24,732 bases of DNA from a virus (lineage: Duplodnaviria > Caudoviricetes), in IMG/VR virus record IMGVR_UViG_3300017914_002447, positions 1 to 24,732 of that record. One strand, given 5' to 3'. The notes under the pieces are model-generated. The model was not told the DNA's origin. It saw only the letters and a program-made list of their open reading frames with translations, and ran no database searches. Shown in pieces: positions 1 to 7,968 of this stretch (position 1 is its first letter; each line of letters starts with the position of its first letter). The position numbers and the translations under genes are program-made.

Positions 1-1
1 C

Positions 2-526
2 ATTCTAACTTGTAACTATCCAAACAGAATCATTCCAGCGATCCACAGTAGGTGTCAAGGCTTCCACATTGCCAAGATTGATCAAACAGAATTTACTGCA
101 AGAGTTGCAGAGATATTGATCACAGAAGGCGTTACTCCAGACTTGGATACACTTGACACTTATGTGAAAGCAACTTATCCAGACTTGCGCAAATGTATCA
201 ACATGGTGCAAATGAATTCAGTAGAAGGCAAACTAGTTAGTCCACAAGAAGGCGATAGTGGTGAAGCTGACTGGAAACTGGATATGGTAGAACTGTTCAA
301 AGCAGGCAAGATCCACGATGCTAGGAAACTGTTGTGTGGCACTGTGCGAGCAGAAGAAATGGAAGAAATCTATCGTTGGTTGTATGACAACATTGAACTG
401 TTTGGCGATGATGCGCAACAGGATCAAGCAGTGTTGATTATCAAACAAGGACTAGTAGATCACACATTGGTTGTAGATCCAGAAATTAATTTAGCAGCAA
501 CATTGATTAGATTAGGAGCATTATGA
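2..526 (+). CDS. Sliding clamp loader small subunit (RFC / T4 gp44-like), 5'-truncated by window edge
   Basis: The frame of ORF 116..526 is open back to base 2 and reads [19 protein letters not shown], containing the clamp-loader SRC arginine-finger motif. It also has DLRKCIN (sensor-2-like) and a C-terminal helical collar region. Confidence 0.9.
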   Translation: MLTCNYPNRIIPAIHSRCQGFHIAKIDQTEFTARVAEILITEGVTPDLDTLDTYVKATYPDLRKCINMVQMNSVEGKLVSPQEGDSGEADWKLDMVELFKAGKIHDARKLLCGTVRAEEMEEIYRWLYDNIELFGDDAQQDQAVLIIKQGLVDHTLVVDPEINLAATLIRLGAL

Positions 527-864
527 CATATATTGTAAATGACGCTTGTATTAAATGCAAACATATGGATTGTGTAGAAGTATGCCCAGTAGATTGTTTT
601 TACGAAGGCGAAAACATGCTAGTGATTCGTCCAGACGAATGTATTGATTGCGGTGTATGTGAGCCAGAGTGTCCTGCTGATGCTATTAGAGCAGATACGG
701 AACCAGACGCACAAGAGTGGGTAGAATTCAACAATAAATACAGTCTGCTATGGCCTAACATCACAGTCATGCGTGAAGAAGATGTTCCATCTGATGCAAA
801 GGAATGGCATGGTGTAGAAGGCAAGATGCAATATTTCAGCGAAGCGCCAGGTAAAGGAGATTAA
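523..864 (+). CDS. fdxA: 7Fe ([3Fe-4S]/[4Fe-4S]) ferredoxin, FdxA type
   Basis: [21 protein letters not shown] and [12 protein letters not shown] cluster motifs; C-terminal WPNIT...[10 protein letters not shown] extension typical of alphaproteobacterial FdxA; AGGAG RBS upstream. Confidence 0.93.
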   Translation: MTYIVNDACIKCKHMDCVEVCPVDCFYEGENMLVIRPDECIDCGVCEPECPADAIRADTEPDAQEWVEFNNKYSLLWPNITVMREEDVPSDAKEWHGVEGKMQYFSEAPGKGD

Positions 865-866
865 AT

Positions 867-1550
867 TTGGCAGTAAAATTAGTTAGTTACACAAAACCAG
901 CAGATGATTTTGTACAAGAGGGCATTGCAGATAACGATCTATTAGATCTTGTTGCGTTTTGTGCTAGGGTAAGTAATCCTGCAAATCAAATGAACAGTGA
1001 AACAAGTGAAAAACTTGTAAAGTATTTGATTAAACATGCGCACTGGAGCCCACTTGAAATGGTTAATGTTTGTATGGAGATTGACACTACACGTGATATT
1101 GCACACCAGATTGTGCGTCATCGCAGTTTTGCATTTCAAGAGTTTAGTCAGCGTTACGCTAACCCCGAAGAAATGGGCGATATGTTTGTAGTGCGTGAAG
1201 CACGACTACAAGATCAAAAGAACAGACAAAACTCAATCGAAACTAAAGACACTGCATTGCAAGATAAATGGGAAGAACTTCAGCAAGACGTTATGTATGC
1301 AGCAGGCAAAGCATACAAATGGGCCGTTGACAATGGCATTGCCAAAGAACAAGCTCGTGCAGTATTACCAGAAGGCTGCACTAAAACAAGACTTTACATG
1401 AATGGTACATTACGCAGTTGGGTGCATTATATTGAACTGAGAGGTGCTAATGGAACACAAAAAGAACACATGGAAATCGCTTGGGAGTGTGCTAAGGTCA
1501 TCGCAGAGATATTTCCTCTCGCAAAAGAACTCAATGCCAGCAACAGTTGA
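867..1550 (+). CDS. thyX: Flavin-dependent thymidylate synthase ThyX
   Basis: HWSPLE motif, RHRx7S signature (RHRSFAFQEFSQRY), EQARAVLP, and LR...TQKEH; TTG start. Confidence 0.95.
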   Translation: MAVKLVSYTKPADDFVQEGIADNDLLDLVAFCARVSNPANQMNSETSEKLVKYLIKHAHWSPLEMVNVCMEIDTTRDIAHQIVRHRSFAFQEFSQRYANPEEMGDMFVVREARLQDQKNRQNSIETKDTALQDKWEELQQDVMYAAGKAYKWAVDNGIAKEQARAVLPEGCTKTRLYMNGTLRSWVHYIELRGANGTQKEHMEIAWECAKVIAEIFPLAKELNASNS

Positions 1551-1797
1551 GATTGATATCGAATGGCATGAACGCTACGCATGGTTTCCTGTGCGTAGCA
1601 GTTTTAGTAAAAAACGTATTTGGTTTGAAAAGTATCATGTAGGTGAAATCTTTTATGATGCAATGGGCAGGCCACCAATAAAAGAAAAATCATGGACACT
1701 CATTTATACAAAAAATGAGTATTTGCTTTATTTGTTAAAGCAAAAGGAACACAGTGATGATTACCATGTTCCTTTATTTAACAGTTCTAGAGTTTAA
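1534..1797 (+). CDS. Hypothetical phage protein (~87 aa)
   Basis: An internal ATG at 1534 overlaps the thyX end (MPATVEIDIEWHERYAWFPVRSS...). The longer 1444 start would overlap thyX extensively. Confidence 0.65.
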   Translation: MPATVEIDIEWHERYAWFPVRSSFSKKRIWFEKYHVGEIFYDAMGRPPIKEKSWTLIYTKNEYLLYLLKQKEHSDDYHVPLFNSSRV

Positions 1798-2519
1798 GCG
1801 TCTCCATACACTTTGAGCACTTCTGTAACAGCTTCATGCCGTTCAATATCTCCATGATGGAATTGGACTGTGCTAATACGGGTTGTCTCTGCACTATCTA
1901 AATGATTCACAAAGTCAATCAAACCGTTGTCTTTCAGTCTATCTGCTTGTGCCAAATCGCCCGTGACCACCATCTTGCTATTGTTGCCAATACGTGTTAG
2001 CAGCATTTTCATTTGGTTCGGTGTAGCGTTTTGCATTTCGTCTGCAATAATAAAACTGTCCTTAAACGTTCGTCCTCGCATGTATGCTAATGGAGATATT
2101 TCGATCACACCCTCTTTGATCATGCTTTCTATTTCGTTAGCATAGAAATATTCTCTAAATACATCGAAAATAGGTCTAGTCCAAGGTGCCATCTTTTCTT
2201 CAAGTGTACCTGGTAAGAATCCTAAGTCCTCGTCTGCACTAACTGCTGGACGTGTGACAACGATACGTTCCACACTGCCCTCTAAGAAACTTTTCACACC
2301 AGCTAAACACGCCAACATTGTTTTGCCCGTACCTGCTGGTCCGATTCCAAATACAATGCTTTTTTCATGATTTAATAATTCTAGTATGTAGCTTTCTTGG
2401 CTTCTGTTTCTTGGTAGAAGATTTACAGAACGTGCCTTTGTTGGAAGGAAGTTGTTTAGTTTGACGACATTAGTAGTCGGTTTGATGTGTGCTTGCCTTT
2501 TGGCTTTAGCTTTACCCAT
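1794..2519 (-). CDS. phoH: PhoH-like ATPase
   Basis: Walker A GPAGTGKT, LGFLPG, YMRGRTF, DEMQN and GDLAQAD motifs; strong AGGAGGA RBS on the minus strand at 2524-2530. Confidence 0.95.
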   Translation of the reverse strand: MGKAKAKRQAHIKPTTNVVKLNNFLPTKARSVNLLPRNRSQESYILELLNHEKSIVFGIGPAGTGKTMLACLAGVKSFLEGSVERIVVTRPAVSADEDLGFLPGTLEEKMAPWTRPIFDVFREYFYANEIESMIKEGVIEISPLAYMRGRTFKDSFIIADEMQNATPNQMKMLLTRIGNNSKMVVTGDLAQADRLKDNGLIDFVNHLDSAETTRISTVQFHHGDIERHEAVTEVLKVYGDA

Positions 2520-2543
2520 TAAGTCCTCCTATTTGAGTTATAA

Positions 2544-2578
2544 CAGGGTAGTTTCCTTTGCAGGAAACTCCTTCCCTG
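2544..2578 (-). promoter_or_regulatory. Stem-loop with GCAA (GNRA) tetraloop in the phoH 5' UTR
   Basis: The minus-strand RNA reads CAGGG-AAGG-AGUUUCCU-GCAA-AGGAAACU-A-CCCUG: an 8-bp upper stem and a 5-bp lower stem, lying between the late promoter and the RBS. Confidence 0.6.
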
Positions 2579-2584
2579 CAACAG

Positions 2585-2591
2585 TATTTAG
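2585..2591 (-). promoter_or_regulatory. T4-like late promoter (CTAAATA) for phoH
   Basis: Reverse complement of TATTTAG; intergenic, upstream of phoH; matches the recurring (A/C)TAAATA motif. Confidence 0.6.
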
Positions 2592-2611
2592 TTTCAAACT
2601 TTCAAAAGGCG

Positions 2612-2618
2612 ATAAATA
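2612..2618 (+). promoter_or_regulatory. T4-like late promoter (ATAAATA)
   Basis: Intergenic, 23 nt before ATG 2642; resembles T4 gp55 consensus TATAAATA. Confidence 0.7.
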
Positions 2619-2641
2619 ACTGTAGAAAAAGGAACTGAAAA

Positions 2642-3163
2642 ATGATTCTCGACGAACTAGACATTATAAAAAATATTGAAAGCATTTATGAAAGCAATAC
2701 AGCGTTCAATGTGTTAAAAGATTTTGAAAGAGTATTAGACGAATTGGATCTGTATGTCTATGCAAACTGGGAAGACGGTGAACTAGCAGAAGGTCCAACA
2801 ATCGATCGTCATTGGGTCACTACCAAGTTCTTTTGGCCAAGAGATAAAATGCCTGACCCTATGGGCGGCAAACGTTTGTTAGACTACGATTGTAAAGTAG
2901 GTTATTTAAAATCAAATATAATTAAGCCACGCAAGATTATGGAACCAGATGATATCCGTCCTGGTACAAAAAAAGGCAAACTAGACAAGCATCCTATTTG
3001 GATTGTGGAAGTGCGTATGCCAAAAAAATTACTTGCAGACTTGTATGGTGCAACACTTGACGATTTAGATGTCCAAGAAGAACAAGGCGAAACACCAACA
3101 GATGCAGCACCAGCAGCAGAAGATCAGGCAGCACCAGCACCAGAGGCAGGAGATGAAGTATAA
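2642..3163 (+). CDS. Hypothetical phage protein with acidic Ala/Pro C-terminal tail
   Basis: 173-aa ORF with late promoter and AAGGA RBS; no catalytic motif recognised. Confidence 0.8.
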   Translation: MILDELDIIKNIESIYESNTAFNVLKDFERVLDELDLYVYANWEDGELAEGPTIDRHWVTTKFFWPRDKMPDPMGGKRLLDYDCKVGYLKSNIIKPRKIMEPDDIRPGTKKGKLDKHPIWIVEVRMPKKLLADLYGATLDDLDVQEEQGETPTDAAPAAEDQAAPAPEAGDEV

Positions 3164-3528
3164 TGGGATTGAGAGAAAAAGACTTAATTGATTTAGTAAA
3201 TCCTGTTTTTGAAATTGACAGTTATCAAAGCAAAATGGGCAGTGATTCGGATATTATGGTATTGAGTTTTACTGTGCTTGAAAAAGGTGCAGCAGATGAT
3301 CTTGTGCAATTTGTAGAAAGTGGATACAGCTTTGTATTAGATGCAGATGCCACAACTGGTGAACAGAGCGACGGTTATTACAGAGTATATGTTGAAATGG
3401 AACGTGAAGAACAAGCACCTGAACAAATCATGGAATTGATTGATGGTGTTAGCAAACTAACAGGACAAGACTTTCAATACAGATATTATAAAAGTTTTGA
3501 CGTAAACGAAGTTGATGTCAAAAAATGA
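3163..3528 (+). CDS. Hypothetical phage protein (possibly N-terminal half of a split gene)
   Basis: 121-aa ORF with TAATG coupling to the previous gene; ends in an A6 run overlapping the next ATG. Confidence 0.75.
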   Translation: MGLREKDLIDLVNPVFEIDSYQSKMGSDSDIMVLSFTVLEKGAADDLVQFVESGYSFVLDADATTGEQSDGYYRVYVEMEREEQAPEQIMELIDGVSKLTGQDFQYRYYKSFDVNEVDVKK

Positions 3529-3875
3529 CAAAAACAATTCCGCTAACAACAGAAGACTATGAAAAAACAGTTACCGAAAGCAACATGAACAACTTCAAAA
3601 ACTTTTTTACAAAAAGTTATGTTGACAGCATTGTTATGGAAGATAATGATCTAATTATTAAAAAAGCATATGCAGATCCAATTGGCTTTGAAGTAAAAGA
3701 TTTTGGACGCTCAGATGATATACAGCAAAAAATTGCTGAAACAATCAATGTAGATTCTTATCCTGAAATCATGTTCTTGACTAAATACCTTGGAGATTAC
3801 AATGTCACCAAGTATGGTAAAAAGACATTGACACTAGAAAATAATGGTTACACACTCGTCGTTGAACGACTATAA
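3525..3875 (+). CDS. Hypothetical phage protein (possibly C-terminal half of a split gene)
   Basis: 116-aa ORF with ATGA overlap and no clear RBS. Confidence 0.7.
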   Translation: MTKTIPLTTEDYEKTVTESNMNNFKNFFTKSYVDSIVMEDNDLIIKKAYADPIGFEVKDFGRSDDIQQKIAETINVDSYPEIMFLTKYLGDYNVTKYGKKTLTLENNGYTLVVERL

Positions 3876-4026
3876 AAACTACTATTGCAAAAACTGTGGC
3901 AGACCTAGCCATTGCGGAACACCATATTACGCTGATCTGCAAAACTATGACGAGCCACCACGTTCAACTAAAATTTGCGATTCGTGCAGATGCGGACAGT
4001 GTTCTAAAGTAGAGGACGTAAAATAA
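3844..4026 (+). CDS. Small Cys-rich putative zinc-binding protein
   Basis: CKNC...HC...CDSCRCGQC pattern; TAATG-coupled to the endolysin. The true start may be TTG at 3862. Confidence 0.7.
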   Translation: MVTHSSLNDYKNYYCKNCGRPSHCGTPYYADLQNYDEPPRSTKICDSCRCGQCSKVEDVK

Positions 4027-4889
4027 TGGCCAAAGAAGATTTTGATTTTGATTTTGAACCGTGGATGGCAGAAGAACTTATCCACCGAAGTGATTGGGAA
4101 GACTGGTATGAAGCAATGCTTGAAATCTTGCCGCTGTGGGATATCAATACCATCCCAAGAGTAGCAGGCTTTATTGCACAATGTGGACACGAATCAGGTG
4201 GCTTCCGTGTTGTAAGTGAAAACTTAAACTACAGTGCAAAAGCACTGAATGTTATTTTCCCAAAGTATTTCAAACGTGCAGGAAGAGATGCAAATGAATA
4301 TCATAGACAACCTGAAAAAATTGCTAATGTCATTTACGCTAATAGAATGGACAACGGGGATACAGATTCCGGTGACGGTTGGAGGTTTAGAGGCGGTGGC
4401 CTTATTCAGCTCACCGGTCGTTACAACTACACAGAATTCGCAGAAGATGTAGATATGACTGTAGAAGAAGCAGTGGATTATGTGCGTACCAAAAAAGGTG
4501 CATTAGATAGTGCTTGCTGGTTCTGGGACGAAAACAACATCAACAAACACTGTGACAACATGGACATTTTAAAAATGACCAAACGTATCAACGGCGGCAC
4601 TATTGGACTAGAAGATCGCAAGAAGCATTGGGCACACGCATTAGATGTGCTAGGTGGTGATATGGAAATGGAAGCCGAAGAAGAAAAAGAGTTGAACACA
4701 AATCAAATTATTCGTCAAGGTTCTAGAGGTCCACTTGTTCAAGAAGTGCAAGAAATATTAGGTATAAATCCAGCAGATGGTATCTTTGGTCCAGGCACCG
4801 CAAGGCAAGTCAAAGAATGGCAGGCAGCAAATGGACTTGTTGCTGATGGTATTGTAGGTCCTAACACACTGGGAAAGTTGTTAGGGTAG
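4026..4889 (+). CDS. GH19 (chitinase-like) endolysin with C-terminal peptidoglycan-binding domain
   Basis: FIAQCGHESGGF...ENLNYSA, DGWRFRGGGLIQLTGRYNY and TKRINGG motifs; C-terminal GSRG..V..VQ..L...ADGIFGPGT...WQ...GLVADGIVGPNT (PG_binding_1-like). Confidence 0.92.
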   Translation: MAKEDFDFDFEPWMAEELIHRSDWEDWYEAMLEILPLWDINTIPRVAGFIAQCGHESGGFRVVSENLNYSAKALNVIFPKYFKRAGRDANEYHRQPEKIANVIYANRMDNGDTDSGDGWRFRGGGLIQLTGRYNYTEFAEDVDMTVEEAVDYVRTKKGALDSACWFWDENNINKHCDNMDILKMTKRINGGTIGLEDRKKHWAHALDVLGGDMEMEAEEEKELNTNQIIRQGSRGPLVQEVQEILGINPADGIFGPGTARQVKEWQAANGLVADGIVGPNTLGKLLG

Positions 4890-4906
4890 GCGGTGAGGTA
4901 ATAAGC

Positions 4907-5389
4907 ATGAAAGTTGCAGGCGTTTTATTAATTATTATGATGGTTATGGGCGGTATTGGCTATTGGTATTACAAAGATACACAAGCACGTATTGCAATTC
5001 TGCAAGAAAACAATGCTAAATTAGAAATCGCAGTGGCAACCAACGAAGAAGCACTGGAAAGTTTACAGGAAAATTACGCTAGTGCACAAGCAGAACTCAC
5101 AAATTTAAATGAACAGTATCAAAGCATTCGCAGACAAAATCAAAGACTGGCTGACAAACTACAAGAAATAGATTTAACAGCAGCAGCTATTGCAAATGCA
5201 GCAGGCATTGAAAGAGCAGTAAACAGAGGCACTGAGAATGCCGGTAGATGCTTTGAACTACTGTCGGGGGCAGAACTAACAGAAAAAGAAAGGACAGCAA
5301 AAAATGACATCGCTTTTAACAAAGAGTGTCCTTGGCTTTACGATGATTACAAGTCTCGCGGCCTGCTCGACCCAGCCCCAGCCGATTGA
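4907..5389 (+). CDS. Putative inner-membrane spanin (Rz-like)
   Basis: N-terminal TM helix (VAGVLLIIMMVMGGIGYWYY), then a long coiled coil and two periplasmic Cys; directly follows the endolysin. Confidence 0.75.
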   Translation: MKVAGVLLIIMMVMGGIGYWYYKDTQARIAILQENNAKLEIAVATNEEALESLQENYASAQAELTNLNEQYQSIRRQNQRLADKLQEIDLTAAAIANAAGIERAVNRGTENAGRCFELLSGAELTEKERTAKNDIAFNKECPWLYDDYKSRGLLDPAPAD

Positions 5390-5693
5390 AGTCAGTGCCA
5401 AACCTATTGAAAAACCGTCTCTAGTTTTACCGCCTGTTGACGAAGTAAACATGCGTAAAGTTGAATGGATTGTTATCAACAAAGACAATGTTGATATGGT
5501 TATGGAACGCTTACAAAAAGAAGGCAAGGCATTTGCACTGTATGCACTCACAGGAGAAGGTTACGGTAACTTAGGATTAAACTTCAGTGATATCCGTGCA
5601 TTGGTTCAACAACAGCAGGCAATCATTGCAGCATACGAAGGCTATTATCAAGCAGCAGAGGAAGCAATGGATGGTGCAGTGGTACAAGACTAG
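5304..5693 (+). CDS. Putative outer-membrane spanin lipoprotein (Rz1-like)
   Basis: Lipobox LAA-C followed by Pro-rich STQPQPIEVSAKPIEKPSLVLPP; overlaps the 3' end of the i-spanin in another frame. Confidence 0.75.
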   Translation: MTSLLTKSVLGFTMITSLAACSTQPQPIEVSAKPIEKPSLVLPPVDEVNMRKVEWIVINKDNVDMVMERLQKEGKAFALYALTGEGYGNLGLNFSDIRALVQQQQAIIAAYEGYYQAAEEAMDGAVVQD

Positions 5694-6249
5694 TGCCTTA
5701 ATATTCTTTACAGCAGCATGTGGACCAGAAATTGATGACAGTGTTATAACTGCACAATCGTATATTGGCTTAGAAGAAAGAGAAGATCGCAAAACAATAC
5801 GTGAATTTACTGGCGTAGATCCTGTGCGCACAGAATGGTGTGCCGCTTTTGTTAATGCAGTATTAGAACTAGACGGCATACCAAACTTAAACAATCAAAC
5901 CAAATACCCTCCTCTAATGGCACGTAGTTTTTTATACTGGGGACAACGTGTAGATAGAAACAATATACAAAGAGGCGATGTTGTAGTATTTCCAAGAGGC
6001 AACAAAGGTTGGCAAGGGCACGTAGGGTTTTATGTAGAGACACAGACAATTGACAACAAAGAATATTGGGTAATACTAGGAGGTAATCAGGATAACAAAG
6101 TCAGTTATGCACTGTACAATCCTGCAAGGGCAATTGATGTAAGACGTTACATAAATACAGAGGCAAAAGAGGAGGGCACCCATGCCAAGGAAAAAACCAG
6201 AAGATTTGAAGAGCGGTGGCGGATCATCAAAGCCATCGGCCGCTCCTAA
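5671..6249 (+). CDS. NlpC/P60-CHAP-like cell-wall hydrolase (TIGR02594-like), possible lipoprotein
   Basis: WCAAFVNAVL (catalytic Cys), ARSFLYWG, GDVVVFPRG, GHVGFY (catalytic His) and LGGNQ; N-terminus from ATG 5671 ends in a TAA-C lipobox-like motif. Confidence 0.85.
   Translation: MVQWYKTSALIFFTAACGPEIDDSVITAQSYIGLEEREDRKTIREFTGVDPVRTEWCAAFVNAVLELDGIPNLNNQTKYPPLMARSFLYWGQRVDRNNIQRGDVVVFPRGNKGWQGHVGFYVETQTIDNKEYWVILGGNQDNKVSYALYNPARAIDVRRYINTEAKEEGTHAKEKTRRFEERWRIIKAIGRS
6151..6157 (+). promoter_or_regulatory. T4-like late promoter (ATAAATA)
   Basis: Lies 24 nt before ATG 6182, with a GGAGG RBS between. Confidence 0.65.
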
Positions 6250-6649
6250 ACCAGCAGTAACAGCCGCACCTGCTCCGGCATCAGCACCTGTTGCACCTAA
6301 ACCTACTCCAGCACCTGCTCCGGCAGTATCTGAATATCATCCAGCTGACCTAAACGGCGACGGTAGAGTAGATGACGAAGAAAGAGCGATGGAACTAGAA
6401 TTTAGACGCAAAGCGTTAGAAGATGCAGATGCAATGCGTGATGCACAACGTAAAATGGCTTGGTTCAGTTTAGCAGGTATGCTATTGTATCCATTCAGTG
6501 TTGTGTTAGCAGTATGGTTACAACTAGATCAAGCAGCGTCAGTATTGGGCAGCATGGCAGCAACTTACTTTGTTTCAGTTGCAGCTATTGTGGCAGCATT
6601 CTTTGGTGGACAAGCATACACTCAATCAAGTTCAACAAAAAAACGGTAG
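6182..6649 (+). CDS. Membrane protein, candidate holin, with Pro/Ala linker and EF-hand-like loop
   Basis: Two C-terminal hydrophobic helices and a basic tail (KKR); DLNGDGRVDDEE loop; last gene of the lysis cluster. Confidence 0.6.
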   Translation: MPRKKPEDLKSGGGSSKPSAAPKPAVTAAPAPASAPVAPKPTPAPAPAVSEYHPADLNGDGRVDDEERAMELEFRRKALEDADAMRDAQRKMAWFSLAGMLLYPFSVVLAVWLQLDQAASVLGSMAATYFVSVAAIVAAFFGGQAYTQSSSTKKR

Positions 6650-6652
6650 GGC

Positions 6653-6659
6653 CTAAATA
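6653..6659 (+). promoter_or_regulatory. T4-like late promoter (CTAAATA) for dnaJ-def-clpA
   Basis: Intergenic, 9 nt before ATG 6669, with no Shine-Dalgarno sequence. Confidence 0.6.
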
Positions 6660-6668
6660 AGTAATAGT

Positions 6669-7466
6669 ATGGACTATTACAGCAGACTAGGCGTGAACAA
6701 ACAGGCATCGCCAGATGAAATAAAAAAAGCATACAAAAAACTGGCGATGCAGCATCATCCTGATAGAGGTGGCGATCAAGCAACGTTTCAACAAATAAAC
6801 GAAGCATACGATACACTCAAAGATCCTCAAAAGCGTCAACAGTACGATAATCCACAACCAGAAATTCACATGAATGCACAGAATTTTGAAGATGTGTTTA
6901 GTCAATTTTTTGGACAAAGACGTCAACAAGTTAGACGCAACAGAGATATCAAAATTGGAATTAATCTAACTTTGAGAGAAGTTGCCACTGGAAAAGACGT
7001 GCTTGCTACTTACAGGTTGTTGAATGGACAAGAGACCAGTGCTAGTTTACGTATTCATGCAGGTGTGCAAGATGGACAGGTAATCAGATTTAAAGGATTA
7101 GGAGATAATTCACATCCGCAGTTGCAAAGAGGCGATCTGCAAATATTGTGCAGAGTTAAAGCTGATAGAACATTTAAAAGAGACAGGCATCATCTCAAAC
7201 TTACATTACAGGTTAGTGTGTTTGAGTTGATATTAGGAACTACATATGTGATAGAGAGCTTGACAGGCGGTCAATTACGTGTTAATATACCTAAGAATAC
7301 CAATCCAGGCACAATACTTAGCATTGCTGGTCACGGACTGCCTGATCCTGCAACAAACAGGCAAGGTAATTTATATGTAACTATAAAAGGCGTTATTCCT
7401 CAAATGTTACCAGAACAAATAGAAAGAGTTAGAACAATAAATGATGAACTTAATTCTAGCACCTAA
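6669..7466 (+). CDS. dnaJ: DnaJ/CbpA-type co-chaperone (J domain + C-terminal domain, no Zn finger)
   Basis: DYYSRLGV...IKKAYKKLAMQHHPDR (HPD motif), INEAYDTL, and GDL/GNLYV DnaJ_C motifs. Confidence 0.92.
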   Translation: MDYYSRLGVNKQASPDEIKKAYKKLAMQHHPDRGGDQATFQQINEAYDTLKDPQKRQQYDNPQPEIHMNAQNFEDVFSQFFGQRRQQVRRNRDIKIGINLTLREVATGKDVLATYRLLNGQETSASLRIHAGVQDGQVIRFKGLGDNSHPQLQRGDLQILCRVKADRTFKRDRHHLKLTLQVSVFELILGTTYVIESLTGGQLRVNIPKNTNPGTILSIAGHGLPDPATNRQGNLYVTIKGVIPQMLPEQIERVRTINDELNSST

Positions 7467-7968
7467 TGTAATGTTAGAGACAGCAGTCAAACGTTACGAC
7501 ATGCAATTGATACATCCAGCACCAATTGCACTTGATATGATCGATGTAATGAATAAACACAGCGGATTGGGTATCAGTGCTAATCAGGTAGGGTTCAACG
7601 GACAAATCTTTGTTATGAAAACTTTCCTAAACAAAAAACATGGAAGTCCGTTGGTTGTAATTAATCCAGTGATCAAAGGACTTAGTAAGGAGACTGAACA
7701 AGGACCAGAAGGTTGTTTGAGTCATCCAGATTTGATATTAAAAGTGAAACGCCCAATAAGTTGTATTGCAGAGTTTGATACACTTACACCAGACATGCGT
7801 GATGTAATTCATGTAGAAGCAAAATTTGATGATATAGATGCTCGTATCTTTTTACACGAGTATGATCATCTTCACGGTATTCAATATATTGATAGAGTAT
7901 CAAAATTGAAATACGATATGGCAGAAAAGAAACGAATTAAAAGGACAGTAAATGGTAGAGCCAAGTGA
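7441..7968 (+). CDS. def: Peptide deformylase
   Basis: All three PDF motifs: GLGISANQVG, EGCLS, HEYDHLHG. The start could be 7441 or 7444. Confidence 0.93.
   Translation: MMNLILAPNVMLETAVKRYDMQLIHPAPIALDMIDVMNKHSGLGISANQVGFNGQIFVMKTFLNKKHGSPLVVINPVIKGLSKETEQGPEGCLSHPDLILKVKRPISCIAEFDTLTPDMRDVIHVEAKFDDIDARIFLHEYDHLHGIQYIDRVSKLKYDMAEKKRIKRTVNGRAK

Noticed and set aside
3095-3150. GCAGCACCAGCA repeats
   Set aside because: Low-complexity coding sequence for an AAPA tail.
6240-6330. Direct repeats such as GCACCTGCTCCGGCA
   Set aside because: They encode the Pro/Ala linker; there is no spacer structure, so this is not a CRISPR array or regulatory repeat.
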